From Octopus sinensis (lineage: Eukaryota), in the NCBI RefSeq assembly GCF_006345805.1, contig NC_042997.1, positions 192,944,001 to 193,008,000 of the forward strand: 64,000 nt of DNA, given 5' to 3'. The translations under genes were made by a program, and so were the position numbers. The notes beneath the pieces are model-generated. The model was not told where the DNA came from, did no database searches, and saw only the letters and a program-made list of their open reading frames with translations. This document shows positions 1 to 11,600 of this stretch, in pieces (within the stretch, counting starts at the first letter, position 1; each line of letters starts with the position of its first letter).

Positions 1-301
1 ACTTGACTCAATAGGTCTCCTCAAGCACAGTGGGTCACCCTACGATCCAAGGTTAGCACAGCAGGCCATCCTGCGAGCCATGAACTCACTTCATTTGTCA
101 GTTCTTCAGACAATAAAGCATTTAACTGTATTATGTACAATACAAATGAACACTTTGTGCTTGGGATACTGTTAATGTATTTTAGAAATATCATAGTGGC
201 TTTGCTTCTGCTTGGCATAAATACTTATTTATTTTTTTGTAAGTACAAAGTTCTTGTCTTTAGTTACATTTTACATTACTAAATTTCTCATTTCTCTGTA
301 G

Positions 302-421
302 GAACTTTATGACTTCCTTGAAGCTGTCATCATGAGACAAACATCCCCCGAAGATGCTTATCGTAAACTTGATGAGATGGCTAGCAGAAAGACAGAAACC
401 TTGCGTAAACTCACTAAACAG
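302..421 (+). CDS. TTC30: TTC30 exon (ELYDFLEAVIMRQTSPEDAYRKLDEMASRKTETLRKLTKQ)
   Basis: AG at 300-301, GT at 422-423; 120 nt, phase 0/0. Confidence 0.92.
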
Positions 422-3400
422 GTAATTTTGTTCTTGTCATCAACATTTTTATATCTACTTTATTTCTGTATGTATTCATACTATGTATATATTTACTTTA
501 TCTCTATAAATATATGTCTATTCTGTACATGTGTGTAAGAATACACTTGCTGTGTATACTCTGTAGATGTATACTGTATTTGAATGTGTCCACTCGATCT
601 CTGGATATATATATATATATATTTACATGGGTAGAGGTAGGGGTCCACCAAGGATCAGTCCTCAGCACCCTTTTATTCATCATAGTCCTGCAGGCAATAA
701 CAGAGGGATTCAAGACAGGATGTCCCTGGGAACTTCTCTATGCTGATGACCTTGCTCTAATAGCTGAGTCACTATCAGAACTAGAGAAGTTTCAGGTGTG
801 GAAGAATGGTCTAGAATTGAAGGGCCTTAGAGTCAATCTAGCAAAAACCGAAGTCCTAATAAGTAGGCAGGCAGACAAATCACAAATCCCTTCAGGTAGA
901 TGGCCCTGCTCGATCTGTAGAAATGTGTAGGTAGAAACTCCATAAGATGTACCTGGTGTAAGCTATGGACACATAAGAGGTGCAGCAATATCAAAGGAAG
1001 ACTAACTGGGAAGATAGTTTTTGTATGTGGCAAATGCTCAGGGGCAATAAACACTGAAAATGTGCAGAAAACAGTTTCCGTCACATGTCAGGGAAAAAAA
1101 ACTAGAAGTAGTTGATAGCTTCCATTATCTAGGTGACCAAGTCAGTAGTAGGAGTGGATGCTCCGAGAGTGTAGCTGCTAGAATAAAAATAGCCTGAGCA
1201 AAGTTCAGAGAGCTCCTATCTCTGCTGGTGACAAAAGGCCTCTCGTTCAGAGTAAGAGGTAGACTGTATGAACCATGTGTGTGAACAGCCATATTACATG
1301 GCTGTAAAACAGGGGCCATGACTGCTGAGGACATGCGTAAGCTTGCAAGGAATGAAACCAGTATGCTCCACTGGATGTGAAATGTCAGTGTGCATACACG
1401 ACAGTGTAAGTGCCCTGAGAAAAATGTTGGACATAAGAAGCATCAGATGTGGTGTGCAAGAGAGATGACTGTGCTGGTATGGTTATGTGTTGCGTTTGGA
1501 TAATGACATCTGTGTGAAAAAGAGTCATACCCTAGCAGGAGAGGGAACCTGTGGGAGAGGTAGACTCAGAAAGACCTGGTATGAGGTGAAGAAGCACAAC
1601 CTTCGAATGTTGGGCCTCAAGGAGGTGATGACAAATGATCGAGACCTTTGGAGATATGCTGTGCTTGAGAAAAGCTGGCGAGCCAAGTGAGACTGTAGCC
1701 ATGGCCTATGCCAGTGCAGAGTAACCAGCCCATTTAAGAGTACCCTTCAATTATTGGGCAATAAACTGCACTTTCGAAGACCTGTTGAGTCAAGCGAAGT
1801 CATTGTTGTGGCCGATGACAGTACTGTCTGACTGGTCCTGTGCCGGTGACATGTAAAAAGCACCGTTCAAGCTCACATGCCAATGGCACGTAAAAAGCAC
1901 CATTCAAGCATGGTCGATGCCAGTGCTGGGTGATGGGTCCCATGCTGGTGGCACATAAAAAGCACAATTCGAGCGTGGTCGTTGCCAGTGCCGCCTGACT
2001 GGCTTCCATGCCAGTGGCATATAAAAAGCACCATTTAAGCATGGTCAATGCCAGTACTGCCAACTAGCCCTCATGTTGGTAGCACGTAAAAAGCACCCAC
2101 TACACTCTCGGAGTGGTTGGTGTTAGGAAGGGCATCCAACTGTAGAAACTTAGCCAGATCAAATTGGAGCCTGGTGCAGCCTCCTGGCTTGCCAGCCCTC
2201 AGTTAAACCGTCCAACGCGTGCCAGCATGGAAAGCAGATGTTAAACAACAATGATGATGATGAGTAAACACATAATATGCAGGACAAGGTGGAAAAAATA
2301 ATACTTAAATACCAAAGGTAGAGTAATATACTATGTATTAAAGCTTAATAAATTTTCGCAAACTGTTACTTAGAGTTTCATGTAAATGCTCATTGAACAA
2401 TTGTGAGTATCATCACAACTATGCAATAAACGATCACATGAAATGGTGAGTAGCTTTAATAACAAGTATATATACATATTTATATATAAATACATACAAA
2501 TTTGTGAAGCGTTCCATATTTTTGCGTGATCGTTGCCAGAGCTGCTACCTGGCCTCCGTGCCGGTGGCACGTGAAAGACACCACTCGAGTGTGATTGTTA
2601 CCAGCATCGCCTTACTGGCACCCATGCCGGTGGCATGTGTAAAAGATTCGAGCAAGGTTGTTGCCAGTGCTGCCTGACTGGCCCCATGCCGGTGGCACGT
2701 AAAAGCACCCACTACACTCTCGGAGTGGTTGGCGTTAGGAAGGGCATCCAGCTGTAGAAACTCTGCCAGATCAAGATTGAAGCCTGGTGCAGCCATCTGG
2801 TTTACCAGCCCTCAGTCATACGTCCAACCTATGCTAGCATGGAAAGCGGACGTTAAATGAAACGACAAATGAACGATATATATATATATATAAAAATAAA
2901 AAAGAGTGAAAAAACTACAGAAAGCTTTTGTAATAAGGTTAAAGAATATATTTAAGTCGTTATGTTAGAATAATGTTATAAAATTTTGTGTATAGTAACA
3001 TAGTTAACCGGTTTTTTATTTTATTTTCAAATTTCTCAAATTTCTTTATCTACATCGTGTCATGTACAAAACCGGTTATTTCTCCCAAAATTATGTTACT
3101 ATAGACAAAATTTTATAACATTTTTCTAACAACGCCTTAAATATATTTTTCAACCTTATAAAACAAGCCTTCTGTAGTTTTTTCACTCTTTTTTTTATTT
3201 TTTATACATCCAACTACGTGCTTTCACACACCAACACTCTCACCTATATATATATATATATATGCCTACAAAGTCAGAAAACAACACAGCTCCCATGACT
3301 TTCGGAAACATTTTTTCACGCTCAGAGTTGCTGAAGCATAGAATAAACTGCCTGCGTCAGTTGTTGACTGCCATGACACTGCATCCTTTAAGGCCCTCAT

Positions 3401-3480
3401 GCTTTCCAAAATCCGCCGAAACTACACCTGATTATATATACACTTTAGATGAATTGTAGTGCACCTGAGCACTGTACACA

Positions 3481-3513
<33 letters not shown>

Positions 3514-3987
3514 TATAAGCATGACCTTTGAATGTTGGGCCTTATGGAGGCAATGACTATTGACTGAGACCTTTGGCGATATGCTATGCTTGAGACTACC
3601 CATCAAGCCAAGTGAAATTGTAGTTGTGGCTGATGCTGGTGTTCTGTAACTGGCACCTGTGCTGGTGGCATGTAAAAGCACCCATTACGCTCTCAGAGTG
3701 GTTGGCATTAGGAAGGACATCCAGCCATAGAAACCACGCCAAATCAGACTGGAGTCTGATGCTGCCCCTCTGCTTATAGCCTGTTCAGCCATGGCTTGTA
3801 TTTTGTTAATAATATATATATATATATATGTAGGCACAGACATAGCTGTGTGGTAAGAAGCTTGCTTCCCAACCACCTGGGTTCAGTCATGCTACATGGC
3901 ACCTTGGGCTAGTGTCTTTTTCTATAGCCTCAGGCTGACCAAAGCATTAAGAGTGGATTTGGTAGACAGAAACTGAAAGAAGCCCAT

Positions 3988-4035
<48 letters not shown>

Positions 4036-5614
4036 CATACACACACACACGTATTAGGAAGGGCATCCATCCATAGAAAACCATGCCGAATCAGACTGGA
4101 GTCTGGTGCAGCCTTACTACATTCCAGCCCAGTCAAACCATCCAACCCATACCAGCATGGGAAATGGACGTTAAATGATAATGATGATGATAATATATAT
4201 ATATATATATATATAAAATAATATGTTACAATTACTCAACGTCAAGATAAAATGGTGTTGTGGATTTCCACTTCGGCATCTGAAACTCAGAGTTTTATCT
4301 TGACTATTGAGTAATTGTAACATATTATTTTATAGATAAATTTCCTCTATTTACATAATATTGAGGTCTCTTTCTTTCTTTTGTTATCTTACCGTTTTTA
4401 CCCACATATATATATATATATATAGCCCACTCTATGGAGTGGTTGGTGTTAGGAAGGGCATCCAGCTGTAAAAAACCATGCCAAAACAGACACAGAAGCA
4501 TAGTGCAAGCTCCTGCCTGGCCAGCTCCTGTCAAACCATCCAAGCCATGCCAGCATGAAAGGAGGACGTTAAACCATGATGATGATAGATAGATAGATAG
4601 TAAGATAGATATATGTCTAATGTATTTCTGAATGTCTCTCTCCTTCTGTGTTAATGTCTCAGTGTTGCTATTATTATAATTATATTTCCCACAATTCAAG
4701 GTGCAGCAGTCAAAGCAGAATGGTGATGAAGAAACCTTGAAGAAAGCTGTGAATGAATATGATGATGCACTGGAAACGTAAGCTCAGAATATTTTGTTAT
4801 TTACATCTCTTTTGGGTCTGAATTTCTTAACAGTTGCAGGTGTGGAGGTGTGGTTAAGAAGTTTGCTTCCAAGTTACATGGTTTTTAGGTTCAGTCCCAC
4901 TGCTTGGCACCTTGGGGAAAATGTCTTCTACTATATCCCTGGTGTTGACTGAAGCCTTTTGAGCAGATTTGGGAGATGGAAACTGACGCAAACCTGCCAT
5001 GTGTGTGTGTGTGTGTGTGTGTGATCATCATCATCGTTTAATGCACGTTTTCCATGCTGGCATGGGTTGGACAGTTGACTGGGGTCTGGGAAGCCAGGAG
5101 TCTGCACCAGGTCCCAATCTGATCTGGCAGTGTTTCTACAGTTGGATGCCCTTCCTAACACCAACCACTCTGAGAGTGTAGTGAGTGCTTTTTATGTGCC
5201 ACTGGCACAAGGGGAGGGAGGAGCTGGCATTGACCATGATCGCATGGTGCTTTTTACATGCTACTGGCATGGAAGCCAGTCAAGGTGGCATTGGCATCTG
5301 CCACTCTTTGATGGTGCTTTTTATGTGCCACCGGCACGGAAGCCAGTCAAGGCGGTGCTGGCATCAGCCAAGTTTGGATGGTACTTTTTACATGCTACTG
5401 GCATGGGGCTCACAACTACAATTTCCATTTGATTTGATTCTGATATTGCTGATGTTGATGTACTTGACTCAGCATTAGCCACGTTCGGATGGTGCTTTTT
5501 ACATGCCACCGGTATGGAAGCCAGTCAAGGTGGCACTGGCATCGGCCATGTTCGGATGGTGCTTTTTATGTGCTACCAGCACAGGGCTCACAACTACAAT
5601 TTCCATTTAATTTG

Positions 5615-5653
<39 letters not shown>

Positions 5654-8600
5654 ATGTGTATGTTTGTGTTTCCTTGTCTCAACATTACATGGTGGTTGTA
5701 AATGAAGATCACTCATTTCTAGTATTCTGAAAAAATATGTCTAATCATGGAGAAATATTACTTTACTTGGAAACAGATTAGGGATGTCAACAAGAAGACA
5801 TCTGGCCTTAGAAAGTCTGCCTCTTAACTCCATCTAACCCATGCAAGCATGGAAAAGTGAATGTTAAAGCACTGATGATGTATAATAGATTGTCTTTTTC
5901 TTTTCGATTAAATTATTATTATGTATTTCAGTAGAAGGAGCAAGAACTATGAGAGAGGCAGTCATCATCATCATCATCAACATCATCATTTAATGTCCGT
6001 TGTCCATGCTGGCATGAGTTGGACGGTTTGACTGGGCTGGCATACTGAAAGGTTGCACCAGACTCCAGTCTGATTTGGCATGGTTTTCTATGGCTGGATA
6101 CCATTCCTAACACCAACCACTCCAAGAGTGTAACGGGTGCTTTTACATACCACCAGCACAGGTGCCATTTGCATGACACTGGGGTGCGTTTACATGCCAC
6201 CAGCATGGATGCCATTTCTGTGACACTAATCATCATCATCATCGTTTAGCGTCCGCTTTCCATGCTAGCATGGGTTGGACGGTTCAACTGGGGTCTGGGA
6301 AGCCAGAAGGCTGCATCAGGCCCAGTCTGATCTGGCAGTGTTTCTACGGCTGGATGCCCTTCCTAACGCCAACCACTCCGAGAGTGTAGTGGATGCTTTT
6401 TACGTGCCACCGACACAGGTGCCAGACGAGGCTGGCAAATGGCCATGATCAGATGGTGCTTTTTACGTGCCACTGGCACGGAGGCCAGTTGGGGCAACGC
6501 TGGCAACGGCCACGTTCGGATGGTGCGGTGCATTTATGTGCCACCAGTATGGGTGCCAATTTGCATGACATCGGTATCTGCCACGACTGCAATTTTGCTT
6601 GGCTTGATGGGTCTTAACAGCATTAAAATATATTTTAGAGAATATATCTTGTATTTCTTTTATTAACTGCAATAATTGAATATAGTAGATTTTGTAGTAA
6701 ATGTTATTACTCACCAAAACTAACCTCCTCTTGTTTATAATGTTGGACAAACTGATTACAATAGTGTCCTGTTTTATCGTCAGAACTCTATAATGCCTTT
6801 CCTTAATAATTCCTAAACACTTCAAACATTATCCTCTTACAGGAAGAAAACAAAAATATAACATCAAAAGTTTACAAGTACTTAAAACATTCATTATACT
6901 TGAGCTTGCAATTTCTACATGTGTGTCATATAGGGAAAAAAACAGGAAGAAACAACAAAACTCAGATGTAGACAGTGAATAGATTAGATTGATACTTAGT
7001 GAAAGTTTTAGATGGGAAAATAGGAGTGGAAATGATGTTTTTAGTCTGGCTCTGTGCCAAAAACGCAGGAAATGTCCAGAGAAGAGGAAAATGAGGAAGG
7101 AGCAGGAAGTCTGGAAAAAGTATGTGTGTCATTACATGGCTGAAAAATAAACTGACCAGAAGTTGGAGTGAGATAGAGGATGTAGATTTTGATGGTGGAA
7201 GATTGTGAAAAGCACCATAGTGTGTGTGTGTGTGTGTGTGTGCGTGCATGCGCTTGTGGAGTGTATATGTATGTAAATGTTTGTGTGGGGGGGATGGTAG
7301 TATATGTGTGTGTGTGTGTGGGAGACAATAGTAGCAGTAGTTGGACTGAACCCGGAACCATGTGGTTGGTAAGCAAGCTACTTACCACACAGCCACTACT
7401 GTTTATTTTTAGAATGACATTGTAGGGTAGGTGTGAGAAGCCAAGTTAGTTTGAACATAAAGCAGGTCAAATATTTGGTCCAGATATGACTGGATTAAAT
7501 ACTAAAGGGTCAATAAGCTTGCAGAACATTGTATAGTTTGACTGCCTTGTTTGGGAATGCATTTTGGTCGTTAATAAAGGAATTGTCATAATGAGGTTTG
7601 TGTCTTATCTCATAGATACATCCCGATCTTGATGCAGCAAGCTCGCATCCACTGGGATATGGAGAACTATGCACAGGTTGAGAAGATCTTCCAGACTTCA
7701 GTGGAATTTTGTAATGACCATGATATATGGAAGTTAAATGTCGCACACGTCTTGTTTATGCAGGAAAAATATAAAGACGCCACAGGCTTTTATGAAGCCA
7801 TTCTCAAGAAGAATTATGAACAAGTAAGTTATTTTTCTCAGAAGCTTATTTTAATGTTATTTTGTCTGCTAGAAATAACAGCCAAATTCTCTTAAGTTAC
7901 ACCATTAGCCAACATAGATGTAAATAGGGCGGTGAGCTGGTAGACTCGTTAGCATGCTGGGCGAAATGCGTAGCAGTATTTCATCTGCTGGTATTTCATT
8001 CTGAGTTCAAATTCCGCTGAGGTCAACTTTGCCTTTCATCCTTTCAGGGTCAATTAAATAAGTACCCGTTACACACTGGGGTTGATGTAATTGACTTAAT
8101 CCCTTTGTCTGTCCTTGTCTGTTCCCTCCATGTTTAGCCCCCTGTGGGCAATCTTTATATATAAAAGTCAAGTTGTGTGTCTGTCTCCTACGACTTAGAT
8201 TCCTAACTACTCCCACATTTTGCGGTACAGTTTAACCAAAACCAGGTATCTTATAGTCGTGATTCATATCGAGCCCTTCTGGGTATTAGCGCGTGTCTAC
8301 CATGAGTCTACGATTTAAAAAAAAATTTACCATCATTTTTTTCCCATTTTTAATGCATTTTTTTGCTATTATATAAGGCAAGTAACTCTCTAAAAATGTA
8401 TTATTAAATCTCAGAACGTAAAAAGCTACAGTAACCCCCCCCCCCTTTGTGGTTAGCCATATTGAGATGGCTATTATACTTTACATCTCTAAAAATGCTT
8501 ATATAGTTATTTCCCTTACAAACCCAAGCAACACCGGGCGATACTGCTAGTAAAGAAATAAATATAGAGGTAAATATAGAAATGATGCAGTTCTATATTT

Positions 8601-11600
8601 AAGAGATGAGGAATTATGTACATTCTTTGCATTCAATGGATATTTGTCCTCATCTTGTTAACCACTACACCATATGCCCACGGGCGTATGGTGTAGTGGT
8701 TAAGAGTGCTAGCATGGAAAGCGGACATTAAATGATGATGATGCTACTAACCCCAAGATTCCGAGTTCGATTCCAAGCAGTGACCGGAACACTAACAACA
8801 ACAATAATAATAATAACATCGAAAAATACCTTAGAAATGAGAACCCAGGTTCGAAATTTCACCAAGACAAATGAAGAAGGCTGGAGGGTATATCAGCCGA
8901 AATGTGTTAACAACAAACAAGATGAGGACAAATATCCATTGAATATAAATAATGTATAGAAATGATGGTCATGCTTGGAATACCTTTCATCATTGGTCTG
9001 TTTGGTTTGGACCAAACAATGAAAAGTCATAAGAAATTATATTCAGTGAGTGGACAGACAGATAAATGCATTTGTTCATTTGTTTACATTCTGTGCTTTG
9101 CTTAAGAAAATGCTGAGCTTTGAATAGTGAAGTTTGTTGTCATTCACTCTTAATAAATCATCTGTTAGTTTTGCACTTTCAAAGACATATGGGATAAAAA
9201 TTTAGGAAACAGGTTTAAAACTAGCAAAATGAAGGGCTTCCAGCTGTAAAGCAGTGCTTCAATATTATGTTTTTGCTTGATCCATTCTAGCATGTAAAAA
9301 ATGGGTATGAAATTAAACAAAATAAAGGATTGAACTGATGACCGTATTGTCAGTCGCTGAATCTATCAATCTTTATGGCCTTAAATAATCATCATTACTG
9401 TTGTTATAATTTAGTAAATTTATGTTGTTTATATTTATTGTGATATCTTTCTAGTTACAAGACATCAGTGCAATTGTTTTGGCCAATCTTTGTGTGTCTT
9501 ACATTATGACCAATCAGAATGAAGAAGTAAGTTTCTATTATTATTATTATTATTATTATTTTATTTTATGTTTGACTTTTGCTTTACATTTGTACAAGTT
9601 GGCTCCAAGTCTCACCCAGAGACCTCAAGAGACAAGTTGGAAGTTCATGTTGGTGTTATGCCTAGGGTGCCATATATTTGGTTTTGTACATAATGTTGTT
9701 CTAGAGAATGTTTAAGAAACCATAAGAAAATTATGTTTGTTTTAAAACTTGAGATTACATAGAAAGTATTTTGCGTAGGATATGAGCAGTTCCCATGAGC
9801 ACTATCTTTTGAATTTCTGCCATTTTGGGGTTTCCTGGTATCTGAGCTAGGTACCAATCTATTATTATTATTATTATCATTATTATTATTATTATTATTA
9901 TTAGAGTTGCACAAAGCAGCCTTGAATAAAATGTATGTATGTACAGTGATATGTAACACATCTGTTTTCACTTGAACATGGAAAGACCTTTCACTGTGGC
10001 AATAGCTCCAGGAAAAGTTTCTTCTCTTAGGTGACATGTGTAAAAACACGAATACCAAATTCATCATTCACAGCCCAATCAGACTTTACACATGCCAGTA
10101 AATTTACTATAAATTCACTGTTTGCTGTTCTTATATATCAGAAATATCCTTCTGATAGAGCTGTGAATGACAAATTTGTGGCAATTGGGGTTGATGAGAT
10201 GTATCAGTGCAGAAATGTATGTGTCTCATGATCCAATGATGTCTTTCATTGCCCAATGTTTTCATACATGTTGTTGAAGAGAGGAAATTTCTCTTGAGAC
10301 TATTTCCACAGTGAAAGGTCTTCCCATGTCCAAGTGTACATGAATATGTTAAATATCATTGTACATGCATATATAACAATATCATTAGTCATGGTTCAAC
10401 CCATGCCATCCAGGAAGATGGACGATGATGATGATAATTTCATAAGCCAGCAGAATCACTAGTGCATAAAAAAAAAAAAAGAATGCTTTCTGGTATTCGT
10501 TCCAGCTCTTTACATTCTGAGTTCAAATCCTGCTGAGGTCTGCTTTACCTTTCATCCCTCTGGGGTCAAAATAAAGTACCCATCAATTACTGGGATCGAC
10601 AGTATTGACTTTCCAAAAATTGTTGGACTTCACCTAAGTTAGAAACCATTAACATTCATTTTATTTCAAATGCTTTACTTCTTAAGATCAATTGGCTGAA
10701 GACGACTGGTTTATCTAATGAATCCTTGTTCGTGTAATATATAAAATCCATTCTGTCTGTTTCTGTGTCTGTGTCTTCTAGGATCTCGGGCATCCTCCAT
10801 CCGATTGCGCTCAAATTTGATAAGTAGATACCGACAGTATCAGGGCATGTATAAGTCTTGAAAAAAATTACAAAAATCGATTCCAGGTGAGAATGCGATC
10901 GGAAAAGCCATGGGAACGTGCATTTGTATGTGCAAGTACATCAGCTGTTGAGATCAATACTATGCATACGTGAGAAAAATGTACATGCAGTTTGCACAAA
11001 AAAAGCCGGTTGGCTTAAAATAATGCCACAAAATGCAGTATATTTTAGAGACCAAAAAAGTAAGATGCAAAAGAGATATTTTCTTCAAACTTGGCATGAA
11101 GGAAGGAAGACCATTTGGTTTCTCAAGAAGTTTTTTTTTGCCTTAACTTCGTTTAACAAAACCTAAAATTTTATTGAAATAAAGGCATGCTTAATTATTT
11201 TTTAATGAAAAGAAAACACTGATTGCTTTTTATTCAGCACAGTCCATTGAATGGGGAGGGGGGCGCTTTTTTCTCGTAATATAATATTGAGCTAATGAAA
11301 GAAGTTTTACATAGCTCAATCTTTTCAAAATAGCAGTTAAATTATCTTAATGTCACACCTTTCCATCTTAAAGGGTTGGCATATTGCATAGTGCTGCTTG
11401 ACTGGCTCCTGTGCCGGTGGCATGTAAAAAGCACCATTCGAGTGTGCTCGATGCTAGTACCACCTGACTGGCCCCCATGCGAGTGGCACATAAAAAGCAT
11501 CCACTGCACTCTAAGTGGTTAGCATTAGGAAGGGCATCCAGCTGTAGAAACCTTGCCAGTGCAGATTGGAGACTGGTGCAGCCTCCTGGCTTGCCAGTCC

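Noticed and set aside
1830-2100. Repeat-spacer appearance of the ~65-bp units
   Set aside because: The inter-core segments are homologous to each other; this is a tandem repeat in a LINE 3' UTR.
4931-6666. Many 60-120 aa ORFs such as MVLFTCH..., MFLQLDALP...
   Set aside because: They are recurring translations of the non-coding LINE 3' UTR; similar peptides appear at many copies.
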